In this document: one piece after another, positions 14,190-27,812 of the stretch
How the letters are laid out: every line of letters starts with the position of its first letter
How positions within the stretch are numbered: the first letter of the stretch is position 1
DNA from: Octopus vulgaris
Lineage: Eukaryota
Length of the DNA: 64,000 nucleotides
NCBI GenBank assembly: GCA_951406725.2
Contig: OX597832.1
Location: forward strand, 31,868,001-31,932,000
Reading direction: 5' to 3'
Translations under genes and position numbers: made by a program
The notes under the pieces: model-generated
The model's database searches: none
Told to the model about the DNA's origin: nothing
Seen by the model: the letters and a program-made list of their open reading frames with translations, nothing else

Positions 14190-14433
14190 GGTTTTTTCTT
14201 TGTTTGTTCCTTCTCGAGCCATGCCTGAGCAGATGAGCTGCAAGATGCAGGAGGAAAGACTGAGAGAAAGTTGTGGCGAAAGAGTCAGCAGAAGTTCGCC
14301 ATTACCTTCTGTCGGAACCGCGCAGAGCTTAGGTATTTTCGCTCATAAACCCACACATCGCCCGGTCTGAGATTCGAACCCGTGATCCTTCGACCGCGAG
14401 TCCGCTGCTCTAACCACTAGGCCATGTGCCTCC
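14190..14433 (-). mobile_element. tRNA-derived SINE family C with 10-bp target-site duplication
   Basis: Minus strand ggaggcacatggcctagtggttagagcagcggactcgcggtcgaaggatcacgggttcgaatctc has A box TGGCCTAGTGG and B box GGTTCGAATC; TSD acacgacaca at 14180-14189 and 14435-14444. Confidence 0.9.
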
Positions 14434-15341
14434 AACACGACACACGTAGGATACGCTCCTTTCTCTCTCTCTCTATTTGTCTATCTATATGTTGCCCTTT
14501 TCTTCTGCCTGACCATTTATTCATCTACTTTTATATCCACACTTATATCCATAAACATTTTATATATCCTTAATCACACAGGAACCTTTAAAACCTTCAT
14601 ATCCATTAATCTATCCCGGAAAGTTAGACTTGCTCCATACCTCCTCGTGCTTTACTATGTTGAATTGTATTTTATTTTATTTTAATTTGTTTCATTCCAC
14701 CCTCCTTCCTTAGCTCCCTAATCTCTCCCGTTTATGGCGTTCCACTGTTATCAGAAGAAAATGTATCACACTGTCACCTCATCGGAAAGTTTTTCTTATT
14801 TTATAAATCTGAGTCTTAAGTTTTCCCAACAATGGAAAATTCGATTCTGTCACATAAATTTAATATTTATATGACACAATTTCCGTTAAACACTTGAAAA
14901 TGAAGTAGCATTTTCCTTTAATTGCTAAAATTACAGAATTTAAAATAAAAAGTTATAATGAAATAAATTACAGAAGAGAATAATGACTGGAATTGTGAGG
15001 TTTGATTAAGAAGTTATGAAGAAGTTTTTGATATATTCTTGTCGATATCGAGACTCTTGAATTGTCATTTTCTCTTTTTAATACTGCAGGTTACTTTGTG
15101 ACTTTTCTTTCGCTGTCATTCTCTTTCAATATTGTTTTTCAAAAGTTCCAAGTGAATGAAATCGGTCTTTAATAAAACAGCGAAAAAAGTTATCAACAAC
15201 AGTTAAAGAGAAAAGGAGCGGCCGTCTTAGAGATGTGGTGGTTCAATGATTTGACAACACAAATCCTATAGGCCCGAGATCTTTTCCCTGTGTGCTGGAG
15301 CAATATTCAGTATTCTCAACTAATATATAGTTGAGAATACT

Positions 15342-15417
15342 CATACGCACGTTTATCTATAGTTATATACATGCACACACATACGCACGTTTATCTATAG
15401 TTATATACATGCACACA
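15342..15417. repeat. Perfect 38-bp tandem duplication adjoining a hairpin with 14-bp arms (15309-15341)
   Basis: catacgcacgtttatctatagttatatacatgcacaca x2. Confidence 0.9.
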
Positions 15418-15500
15418 CATACATATATAATATGTAAATAACACACACACACACACATATACGATGGTTTTGATAAGAAGTGCCGCTTTTTAAAATTCTG

Positions 15501-15538
<38 letters not shown>

Positions 15539-15539
<1 letters not shown>

Positions 15540-15742
15540 TAGCAGTATCGCCCGGCGTCGCTCGAGTTTGTTTCGACCCTTTAGAATTGGAGTTTTTGAA
15601 AAGTAAAAATATTGCATTATGTAGCTTGCTATTCTCTTTAAGTGAACATTTTTCTGGTTGAAATACACCGAAAAATGGCGTCATAGTAGTCAAAAATTCG
15701 TAAAAATTAATACACAGACAACTTCAGCTTTATATACAGAGA
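15539..15742 (-). mobile_element. Non-autonomous Helitron
   Basis: Minus strand: A|TC..tatataaa 5' end, subterminal GC-rich hairpin-like cgagcgacgccggg, CTAG|T 3' end; 3' terminus shared with copies at 29545 and 58239. Confidence 0.8.
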
Positions 15743-15744
15743 TG

Positions 15745-16330
15745 CGCAGTCTTCTATCTCTACTATCTCTTCTCTGTTTATCTCCCTCCCTCAGTTGTTT
15801 TTCACCCTTTCTGGTTTTCACTCCCACCCTTCCAAATTCTTCTCCTCTCCTCTTCACCGTTCTCTCTCTCTCACTCTTCCTCCTTGAATCTCTTGCCGCT
15901 GATACGTGACGAAAGGGAATCTAGCTTTCTGTCCATTTTCTTCCTAAAGAAATGACGTGTTTATACCTGTCTCTTATAGTTCGTTCTCCTAGCATTCATG
16001 ATAATTTTTCTATCGTTTTTGCTCAACAGCCCTCACCGTTTGTTTTTACGGTCTTGTCCTCACTGTCCTGTTCTTGTTACCACTTTCAACCTCCGCAAAA
16101 AATCCCAAATATTATTTAATTTGCTTTGCGTGAAGGACTGTTTCAACGAAGTCGCGTATTGTCCTTGCCTTCGTAACGCGGAGTGGATGAAACTGGGACA
16201 ACTGATGAAGGGGAATATTCTTTACGTTGCATGTCTCGTTTCTGTGTTTTTTTCGTTGTTCAACAAAAAGTTCGTTTCTATATTTTTATTTTTATGTTTT
16301 CGTTTCTCATGGTGTTCAACATTTATTTGT
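15745..16330 (+). mobile_element. Probable interspersed repeat (pyrimidine-rich, Penelope-pLTR-like)
   Basis: CT-rich tract, then CTGATGA-aggggaatattcttt-acgtt at 16202 (GAA missing), ending near a TA run; resembles the other pLTR-like elements but only one copy is seen. Confidence 0.3.
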
Positions 16331-16432
16331 TGTCCTGTACCCATATATACGTGTATATATACATATATATGTAGGTATGTACATCCTTGTATGTATATAT
16401 GCATATATTTATATAGTATATATATATGTATA

Positions 16433-16522
<90 letters not shown>

Positions 16523-17592
16523 CGCATGTATAGAAATAACAGTGAGAAACTGCTGACAATGACATTAGTCTGACATGTCACTCACTGTAAATGGCTTGTC
16601 AGCAAATTTCAATGCACGTAAGCATGTCAACCAAAGTACAACTTACAGGACGCGGGTTCAAGTTGCAGTCACGACCGATTGCAGTAATCTTTTCTTATTC
16701 CTTTATAAGTGATTCACCACACATTACGAATATATCTTGTGTTCTACGTCAATATCGGAAATCAATAATGTCTACAGTAGTAATAGTAGTATTAGTGGTG
16801 GTATTAGTAGTAGTAGCAGTAATTATGCTAGTATCTATGATATATTAATTATTGAAGGAATCAGTTTTGCAAGAAATTGCAATAATATTATCTCACGTAG
16901 CTAATGAGAAGACCACTTAATCGATTCTACCTGCTTATCTGTTTGTCACTTTATCGATCCATCGATCCGTTTGACTCTTTAAATACCTTCCACTTAGTAT
17001 GTAAACCCCCCCTACCGCCCAAAATCTTCATTCATTCACTTACCCCCGCCTCTCTCTCCCCCGTTGTTCTTTCTCTTTCTCTCTTTGTCTCTGACAGTTC
17101 AATACCTGTGGCTCTGTACTTCTTTTATCAGTTTCTATCTCGCTGATTTATATATTTTTGTTGTAAAGTGTTAACTGCATCGTACATGCATGCATACATA
17201 CATTTGATCATAGATGTGTGTATCTACACACACACACATACTCATACACACACATATATACGTGTGTATAGAAATACTGATATATATGTATACCTATTTA
17301 CATATACACATGCACAAATATTTATATGTGTGAGTTTATATATATATATGCATACAAGTACACACATACACATACACTCATAACTTATGCCGGTATGCTA
17401 ATCACACAAACACGCAAACACACGCAACATAACTTATCCACTTAGATATAAGTGGAATGTCTGATTTACCTTCCTATAAATCACAGACTGAATATTCCAT
17501 CGTTAATATTTAAACACGTATCTAATCGCTGGATATCGTTTCACGTTGCCTTTCTTTTGCTCTTCCTCACCATCGCCATTATCTACCAACAT

Positions 17593-17750
17593 CCTCCTCC
17601 TGTCCCTCCACCTCCTCCTCCTGTCCCTCCACCTCCTCCTCCTGTCCCTCCACCTCCTCCTCCTGTCCCTCCACCTCCTCCTCCTGTCCCTCCACCTCCT
17701 CCTCCTGTCCCTCCACCTCCTCCTCCTGTCCCTCCACCTCCTCCTCCTCC
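17593..17750. repeat. 21-bp minisatellite (cctcctcctcctgtccctcca) x ~7
   Basis: Direct reading. Confidence 0.95.
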
Positions 17751-18318
17751 TCGTCGTCGTCGTCGTACTCATGTTTGGTACTGAAGCATCTCCGTGGTAA
17801 CAGCAATGCCGTCGTCAGAGTAACGAAACACAAGCTTCTGAAGAATCAGCAAAAACCGTTCTTCCATCATTGACCTAATTGTGGTTTTTGCGTTTGCGTT
17901 TCTCTCTGCTCTTCTCCTTTCTCTTGTACTATTGTGTTGCCATTACATTTGTGATTGGTGTTATTTGTTGTTGCTGTTGCTGCTGGTGTTACTCTGGCTT
18001 ATTTATGTTAGTGCTGCTGCTGCTGAAGTTTTTCCTTTTGATTTCTTATTGTCTTTACGTCCATGATAAGTTGAGGCGGAACTTCTCTGAATGCTGAGTA
18101 AAGATGTTCTGGACGTGACTCTCCTTTCATTTGTGCATACCTAGAAAAACATGCACCCTGTCAGCTGTTCCTATACTTCCAAAAATGCTCAGGTTTGACT
18201 CCGAATTGATGGCATACCTTTCATTTGTTTAATGATCTTATCACATACCACTGAACTATGCCTGTCTGTCTATCTCTCTATCCATCTCTCGCTCTCTCTC
18301 TCTCTGTCTCTCTCCCCA

Positions 18319-18371
<53 letters not shown>

Positions 18372-18595
18372 CGAGCTGGCAGAACCGTTAGCACGCCGGG
18401 TGAAATGCGTGGCCGTATTTCGTCTGCCGTTACGTTCTGAGTTCAAATTCCGCCGAGGTCGATTTGCCTTTCATCCTTTAGGGGTCGATAAAATTAAGTA
18501 CCAGTTACGCAGTATGGTCGATGTAATCGACTTAATCCGTTTGTCTGTCCTTCTTTGTCCCCTCTATGTTTAGCTCCTTGTGGGTAATAAAGAAA
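18372..18595 (+). mobile_element. SINE family B inserted in a (TATC)n run
   Basis: Full family B alignment, flanked on both sides by (TATC)n. Confidence 0.9.
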
Positions 18596-18597
18596 CA

Positions 18598-18678
<81 letters not shown>

Positions 18679-19379
18679 GTGTGTGTATGTATGTTTGTTA
18701 TCTGTTTGGGCATACGAAAGATAGTGGAACTGAGCACATTTTGTAGAAGTTACATGTAGTATTGCTCCTGTTGAGGTCTAGTTTGTTCCAGGAACTCCCA
18801 TTTAATTATGTATAGTGTTCCTTCTTTTAAATGTCGTATGTAGATGGCCCAAAACCTACCGTTGCGCCTCACTACTTTACTAACCAGGATTGCATTCTTA
18901 CATTCATTACAAAAAAACCTGATGTGTCTCCGTCCATCAGGTCTTATGGGCCGCTTATCACATCAAGAGCAACGATGCACGTGAAAGAATGGCAAGTCTC
19001 TGACCAAGCTCAACTAAAATCTACATTGAATGTTGCTGCGAAAAACAAGGCAAATATATGCATTTTTCGCTATGTTTTTAAGTAGGCATGTATATAATTA
19101 TATTTATGTGTACATATATACATACGTGTGTACATATATATCAGTATATACATCACCACACCACACCACCATACCACACAACACCACATCACATCACACC
19201 ACCACGCACACACAAGCACTGACCACTTCCCAGCGACCACACCATCATCCACACACCTACTACACACGCACACACACGTACACGTCCCGGTCACCAGCCC
19301 TCTTCCACACGCACATACATGGTCTCTTATACACACGTGCGCTCACCTTCGTTTTAGGATCACCACTACTTTATTATCT

Positions 19380-19612
19380 CCCGTTCTTCCTAGCTCTCCA
19401 GTGTGAACCCTCTGTCCGGCATTCGCCAGGATAAATCGATAGCCACTACACTTTCTTTATTTTCTCTCCCTGTTTCTTTCTGTGTTCCTTTCTGTGGAAG
19501 AGTGTAGGCTCGAAACGTTAAAAACCTTTTCACTTCCCTCGCATTAAACTAATACATCTGTTTGTTGACTACATCACCTGTCTTTGTCTTTTTTTGTGTG
19601 AATTTTCCCTTG
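19380..19612 (+). mobile_element. Penelope-pLTR-like element with hammerhead-like core
   Basis: CTGTGGA-A-GAGT-GTAG-GCTC-GAAACGTT at 19492-19519; same layout as 44387-44572; ends at a TA run. Confidence 0.55.
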
Positions 19613-19929
19613 ATATATATATTATATGTATGGGTGTATACATCCATAATTCGTACATGAATTCAAACATACATGGATTCCTCTGGGACAAGGGAGGTGG
19701 CAGTGAACCAATATCATAGTCTTTAGCTCTTGTCTACTTTTGACAATTTGGTCATATGAAACACGTTAATTACGCCACCAATCAAATTAGTAACTAGAGT
19801 AATTTGAATCCTGTGATGTGGTACAAGATGAAACAAATAGGGACTGAATTGACGAAAGCTATAAAGAAAACAAAAAATGTTTGAGATTAAAATTATATAA
19901 AAAAACACCAACGTAGAAAAGAAATAACG

Positions 19930-20350
19930 AATTTCTTTCTAATGGCATCTCAGGGAAAGAGTATTATTCCTCTGTGTTTGGCGAAATTCCTGTAATATGG
20001 AAGAATAGTATGCTGAATGATATTACCACACTTGATAAACCCTTTTGGTTTTCGTGCTCTAATGAGGCTGAGCCTATGATTATTTGTAATCTAAACGTTG
20101 CATTGCCTTTAGTGCTGATTGAATCATTTGCGAATGGTTTTGCATCCGTCATGTTTGGCGGTAGGTGTAGTTTTTGTACACTGGTGGAGATATGAGTGCT
20201 GCAGGATATATTTCTTTATCAAGGACATGAAATCACGAAGTGTAAGTGATACGACAAACGCGCTGATATAGATTTACAGCAGAAGGTGTTTGCTTCTAAG
20301 TGTTTTAATTGTTATACGGCATTCGGAGGCTGTTTAAAAGCGAGGATGTG
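19930..20350 (-). pseudogene. Possible decayed Penelope-like GIY-YIG region
   Basis: Minus strand gives ILAFKQPPN, then FVISCP..KYI across frameshifts, resembling the PLE linker QPPNL and the VIxC...YIG motifs. Confidence 0.3.
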
Positions 20351-20435
20351 TTGCAGTTTGCGTGAATGAAGCTTGAAGTAGCTCAGCCGTAACTTAAGTA
20401 TTTATCAAATGTTATATCTATGCATCTATCTTCCG

Positions 20436-20555
<120 letters not shown>

Positions 20556-20783
20556 ATCTATATATCTATCTATCTATCTTCCGATCTATCTGTCTGCATA
20601 ATGTAATAACATGCATAGATGTACATACATACATTCATACATGTATACATATATACAAAAGGCACATACGGATATTTGTGTGATGGATGAATATATGGGT
20701 ATATGTATGTTATATATATATATATATACATACCTATACCAGCATACTTATGTATGTATATTATGTAGATATACACACACATA

Positions 20784-20814
<31 letters not shown>

Positions 20815-20843
20815 ATATATAGGTATATGGATTTATGTATATA

Positions 20844-20894
<51 letters not shown>

Positions 20895-20909
<15 letters not shown>

Positions 20910-21136
20910 GTATCTTGCCTCCAAAGATTTGGGTGTTATTTCTAACACACCCTGCCATCACGTGACAGCTATTTTGCGATAAAGAACCCGAAATACCGCT
21001 TGTGTGTGATTTCGGTGTCACATTCGTTGAAAGCATGTGAAAGAAACATGGAAAAAAACCCAGAAAACAAATGTCTGTTGTTGGGAAAAATCAGACCCCC
21101 GCCTGTGACCCAGTGGGTCACGGGTTGTCTAGTCTA

Positions 21137-21137
<1 letters not shown>
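20895..21137 (+). mobile_element. Non-autonomous Helitron (second family)
   Basis: Starts in tatataaaa; subterminal hairpin cctgtgacccagtgggtcacggg (21102-21124) followed by ttgtCTAGtCTAG|T; embedded in TA runs. Confidence 0.7.
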
Positions 21138-21171
<34 letters not shown>

Positions 21172-21578
21172 TGTGTGTATGTAGTGTGTGTGTGTACATG
21201 TGTGTCTGTATATGTGTATGTATATATACTACACATGTAGTGATAGATTTCGTATGATATATATCAAAGGTCGTATCTTTTACTTTCTAATTTACGTTAA
21301 AGTGTTCAACATGATTTAAGTTTAGTATACTAGTCAACATTTACATATACACATACACTCAAATTAATTCACCCTTATACACACGCTCACACACACACAA
21401 ACACACACACATATATATATACATATGCATATACATATATACACACATACACACACACACACACACACATATATATTTATATATTTGTTTGTATACGTAT
21501 TTGTGTGTATGTATGTGGAGTTATATTACAGATGTCACTCGATATCACAAGGCCCCGCGCTGCCAGAAGCTCTGTCGT

Positions 21579-21683
21579 TGGTAGGTTTACGTGATGATCA
21601 TTAAGTGAGACAGAGAGTAAATGTATTTAAGTTGACTGAATCTGATGAGTAGCGCCGGAAGCGGAAGTCTCTGAAATTGCTAA
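21579..21683 (+). ncRNA. Candidate box C/D snoRNA-like sequence
   Basis: C box GTGATGA 21591-21597, D' CTGA 21636-21639, C' TGATGA 21643-21648, D CTGA 21671-21674, imperfect terminal stem tggtaggttt/aaattgcta; no target recognised. Confidence 0.3.
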
Positions 21684-22208
21684 CTGATTGTCCACCATTG
21701 CTATCCAATACTAACCATCCTCAAACATAATTGGACATCGTAACGAGGAAGAAGGAGTTGGGTATTGAAAAGGATGTGTACGGGGAGAGGAGAGAGAATA
21801 AATAGAAAGTGAAGTTTTTGCAGTGAGAGAGGTAATGCAGTCGTACAACGTACTGAAGGAGCCGGTTTCGAATTATTGTGTCACCATTGCAGGGCTTGCT
21901 TTCCACCCATATTTGTGGTTACAAAGAAAAGTCGAAAAGGATAAAACTCACGTACAGTTTGCTATCAAGAGTTCTCGTGAATTGTAAGCTTATCCATGAA
22001 AATGTAGTCGTTTTAAAATCCTCATTTAATTTACTGTAGAAAGCATCGGCGTTCATACATGAACGTACAAACGCACACACAAACACGCAGACACACACAC
22101 ACACAAACACACACACCCTTGCACACATGAACAAACACTCATAAGCAATTATGCATATTTATATAAACATAAATTTTATACGTGATCAGAGAACTCATTA
22201 CATATACC

Positions 22209-22440
22209 TATTTCTTTATTACCCACAAGGGGCTAAACATAGAGGAGACAAACAAGGACAGACATAGGTATTAAGTCGATTACATCGACCCCAGTGCGTA
22301 ACTGGTACTTATTTAATCGATCCCGAAAGGATGAAAGGCAAAGTCGACCTCGGCAGAATATGAACTCAGAACGTAACGGCAGACGAAATACCGCTAAGCA
22401 TTTCGCCCGGCGCGCTAACGTTTCAGCCAGCTCGCCGCCT
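22209..22440 (-). mobile_element. Full-length SINE family B with 11-bp TSD
   Basis: Reverse complement of family B; TSD ttacatatacc at 22198-22208 and 22442-22452. Confidence 0.92.
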
Positions 22441-23040
22441 TTTACATATACCCGTAATTCCCAACATATACCCGTACTTCACAACCCTGTTTAGAGCATT
22501 TATATGTATGTGTGTGTGTGTGTATTTGTGTGTGCGTGAGTGTGCGTGTGGGTATTATGTACGTTTGTATGTATTTGCATTGCAGAAGTTCTCGTAGCCG
22601 TGTAAGACCGTATCTTAAAATAAGTAAGTCGTTTCAGACATCCTGCGAGTCCCAGAATTCTCTTGCATGCATTCGTTTCAGGGAATAAAGCGTTATACAG
22701 CACTAAACCCACTTTCAGCGCAATCAGCTTTGAAATATGTGGCAGAATGCAGGCTAAACCCGACTGCAATTTAGGTTAGTTTTACAAATTCACCTTCTCC
22801 TGCAAGGAGGTTCTAAGAGTAACTAGGGGTCCTTCTTCCCCAGGGCCCCACATGTTTGTTAAATCATAGGTGGGAACCGACGAGGTGCTACTATTCCGGG
22901 ACGAAGTAGACATGGGGACAACTGTGGCAAAAGGCGGTTTCAAACCCCTGAAAACCCTGGAACTCCCATACCAGGACTCCAGAACCGGTTGCAGCTTAAA
23001 CTCATTACTAGGACGAACGGACACATACACACAGACACAG

Positions 23041-23150
<110 letters not shown>

Positions 23151-23246
23151 GCACGCACGTGTGCGTGCGCCTATATATGTGTGTCTGTGTCTATATATGT
23201 ATATATTTATTTCCCTCTCCAACTCTATCTCACTCTCTCTCTATCT

Positions 23247-23304
<58 letters not shown>

Positions 23305-23424
23305 ATATATGAATATGTATAGTCACACACCTGCATGAACACACACACACGGGTATATATATATTCAAACGAGAGACGAACCATTTATGAGTGTGCTTGT
23401 GATTGATTGTGTATGTGTGTTTAA

Positions 23425-23490
<66 letters not shown>

Positions 23491-23742
23491 GTATGTATGT
23501 ATATATAAATATATATAGGAGTAAGACTGAGAAATGTATTGCACACTCAGGCACAACACTAAATTCTATGAACGTGGAATCGGTTGAGTATTTTGTAGAG
23601 AATTATATTTCCTCTTTTCTTTTATTTTTCCTGTTATAACAATATATTCTAAGTTTGAGATGATATTTAGCTTTTCAGTTTTAATGAACTATTCGTAAAT
23701 ATCACCAGTCATTGTGCAACACACTCATTGAACGCACGTAGT

Positions 23743-23778
<36 letters not shown>

Positions 23779-23968
23779 TGTGTGTGTATGTGTGAACGTG
23801 TTTGTTATTCTGTGTGTTTTGCATTGCGTTTCTTTGTGCGTGGCTGCGTGTGTGATATTTCTTTGCTAAATGAGATGGAAGTTTGTTATCAATAATGAGT
23901 TAATGATTAGCTAATGCATCTCTCTCTCCCTCTTTCCTCATATATATATATTTATATGTGCTTGTGTG

Positions 23969-24045
<77 letters not shown>

Positions 24046-24217
24046 GTGTGTGTGTGTATGTATGTATGTATGTATGTATGTATATATACATATGTAGGTA
24101 ATACGGAAGAAATATATAGTATATGTATATAAATATATGTATGCATACTGAAACGTAAGTAGCTCTGAAAGATATGGTTAATATATCTATCTATCTACCT
24201 ATCTATCTATCTATCTA

Positions 24218-24278
<61 letters not shown>

Positions 24279-25023
24279 ATCTATGTGTGTGTGTGTGTAT
24301 CCATTCATGATATTTTGACTGTGTACTTGTCTATTACACGCACCCCCACATACATAGACACTTGTGATCAAAGAAATATGATAGATAAATGTAGGTGCAT
24401 ATACATACGTGATTTTATATACTTGTGATATGCGTGTTTTCGTCTGGTTTCGCAGGAGTGTGGGCTGGTTGTTAAACGTGAGGTTCTCAAGTACATTTAG
24501 CGATTAATATTATTCCGTATATAATATAATCTACATCCTTACAATTTCAGCTATGATAATGTTTTCTAAATGTCAATATGGCGGAATTACAAACTTCATC
24601 TAAATACAAAAGAGTAGAGTTTTGATTTAACAAACGAGTATTATCAATAGAAATAATGCTATAAATACTATTTTTCATCATGTCTTTACAAACTGTGTCT
24701 TCATATCTATTGTTAGAGTGGTCTTTGAAACGAACCGAAGAAAATTAATTATGGAATAGCACAAAGTTAATTGTGAAAGCATCGGGTTTGTGAAAAGTTC
24801 TCTGCGATGCCAAGGAATGGGATTTTGTCATTAGATACAAATGAGGGGAGATTAAAATGGCATTGCAGCCATATGTCATATTAGACTTATTACTCATTTA
24901 TGTAGATCAATTTCCGCGCGTGTACACTACTCTTTCTCTCCTCCGCCCACTCTCTCTCTCTCTCTTTCACTCTACTCTCTCTCTGCTCTCTCTCTCTCCT
25001 CTCTTCCTATATATATATATATG

Positions 25024-25104
<81 letters not shown>

Positions 25105-25599
25105 ATATACATACGTACCATGACGCGGGAAAATCATTTATATGATGTCAGCACTTTCTGAGTGAAAATCTAAGGTGAATCTTTATGGAGCTCACAGATA
25201 ATTGTTGGATTATATATTTGTGGCGCATGACATAGACGTACGTCCCTCACAGCTCAGGTTTGTGCAGAGACGATGGTCTGAAAGGCGGGAGATTATGACC
25301 ACCAGGAAAATAAGAGTCAATTCCTTGAAGACTTGCTTTTCATCTCAACTCCTACAAGTCATGGAATATTTCAACAGAAATTCTAATGAAGAGATCGGAT
25401 ATATTTCATAATATTTCTAGCTACTCAACGCGGATAATTATAAAGTTCACGGTGGGTATTAATAAAAAAAATATCTGATCTACCATTGGATACAACGATT
25501 ACTTAGCTAGAAATGCGTTCAATAAGAAGGTAGCATATACATGGCCTCCTCATCAAACCCAACTGGAATTAATGAATGGTAATTTGCTTCATTCATCAT

Positions 25600-26060
25600 C
25601 TGTTCAACCGAGGTGTATACAAATACAGTAAAGAGAATAGTTTCTTTCATTAAACATAATTTCCAATGGATTATATCAATACTACAGACTTTTTTACGTT
25701 CAGAAGGATAACTGGACTCTATGACTTCCAACATTGACAGCCTAAGAAATGCAAACCAATGCTACCTCTCTCCCAGATTCTTATGTCTAATAAATGCAAT
25801 CTCATTGTTCACTAAGGAAATTTTGCTTTTCCAGGGCAGTGATATGTAGAGCGATCCTCATCGCACACATTTGTGTCTCAAATAGGTGAATGCACGGAAC
25901 AAAGCCAATACTTTTAAGGGAAGCAACAGTTGGCATATGAACTCATTCATATTTAGGCATAGATTAAGGTTCACATCACTCTTCTGTTTTATCTGAAATT
26001 TGCTAGATAACAATAAGCACCTTGTCGTTTGGAACATACCTGGCAAAGCTCATCTTATAT
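25600..26060 (-). pseudogene. Possible decayed Polinton/Maverick polB-associated N-terminal region
   Basis: Across frameshifts: NDK.CLLLS, LNMNEFICQLLLPLKVLALF, IALHIT, LHLLDIRIWER*HWFAFLRLS; resembles NxDxxCFxWS / LNxxGIxFPxxL / INLLxxxxxxxHYxxIxxLSRL in that order. Confidence 0.3.
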
Positions 26061-26357
26061 TTTAGCGTTTATTGTCGATGAAAACTGCCGTTGTTGATGC
26101 CTGAGAAGACAGATCCATCCTTTAATGCGAAGTCTGTAAATTTCATACTGCTGTTGTCGACGGAGTTCGTTCTTTGGTTATCTTATGCCATTTGTTTATA
26201 ACATTTATTTCATAATTTTTGCAAAACATTTATTGGTAATTCATTGGCACATCTAATGAAAACAATGGAAAAAGCTCTTTTCTATCGCACCACATACAAG
26301 CACAAAGTTAACCATACATCTCTGTTCCAGATATTTACGTATTAATAGAGTCTAACG

Positions 26358-26595
26358 TATTTTTAAATTCTTTATTGCCCACAAGGGGCTAAACATAGAG
26401 GGGACAAACAAGGACAGACAAAGAGATGAAATCGATTACATTGACCCTAGTGCGCAACTGGTACTTATTTAATCGACCCTGAAAGGATGAAAAGCAAAGT
26501 CGACCTCGGCGGAATTTGAACTCAGAACGTAGCGGCAGACGAAATACCGCTAAGCATTTCGCCCGGCGTGCTAACGATTCTGCCAGCTCACCGCC
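26358..26595 (-). mobile_element. Full-length SINE family B with 11-bp TSD
   Basis: Reverse complement of family B; TSD agagtctaacg at 26347-26357 and 26596-26606. Confidence 0.92.
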
Positions 26596-27672
26596 AGAGT
26601 CTAACGGATTAACTCACGTAATCCTTTATTAAACTCAACTCACTTCTGGATTAAGAACTGGCGACATGTGGTTAGATTACATTTATGACTTTATGTATGA
26701 AGACACACACACACACACACACGATTATTTGCGTAGATTCTCATGCATACAGGACAAACACATAAGCATACACAGAGAAAACACCAGTTCTTAGATACAG
26801 ACACTGAAGCAGGCACAGAAGCGAAGAGAAAACCCAAATCGCACACAAACTGAGAAACCCACAAATACACCACAACACACAACATAACACGTATAAACAC
26901 ATGTAACCACACGGAAAACTATTCTATTTACACACGCAACAAAGAACACATCCAAACACATGCTTGTATTATCTTCGTATGTTATTCTCGTGAATGGGAG
27001 TCTAGGATATGAGTTAATTATGGAAATGGTAGAGGGGAATCGGTTCATTATAGAAATGTCAATGTGAAGTAAAGTAATTAAGTTAGTAAAGTTAAAATAA
27101 CTTATTTATTTCTTCAATATTTAGGTGTTGTTTTCGCTTTTGTACTAAACTTTTCACTCAATAACCAATTCTAAATACAGCTGATGAAGTGTACGCACCT
27201 GCAGGTGTATATGTGCAGGTATATTTCTATGCGAGTGTATGTCTACATACGTGTAGATGCATATGCGATACACAACAATTCAATGGCTTTGTGATATATA
27301 TATATATATATATATGTCTTTTTGTGTGTATATATAAACACATAAGCATATATCACACGTTCATATATACAAACACACACATATACTCTCTTATACTTAC
27401 ACTCTTTCTTGTTCACTCTCTTTCTCTCCCCAATCCCTCTTTCTCTCTATATATACACATACACGTGTATGTGTGCGAGATAATGTAGATATACTTACAG
27501 CCATCTATCGCTGTATATATACTCATACAATTATATAACATTATACAAAGGTATAATGTTAGGATAATTTTCAATGGCTTCGTAAAATAAAGATATATAT
27601 TACAATGATTGATAATTTATTTATATGAATAAATCGATGTCTATCTATTCTCTATATCTATTAATTTCTCCT

Positions 27673-27733
<61 letters not shown>

Positions 27734-27771
27734 ATCTGTTAATAGACCCGTCGATGTATATACTGACATTT

Positions 27772-27812
<41 letters not shown>

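Noticed and set aside
17452-17833. PPPVPPP / EEEVEGQ repeat ORFs
   Set aside because: Products of a 21-bp minisatellite open in several frames on both strands
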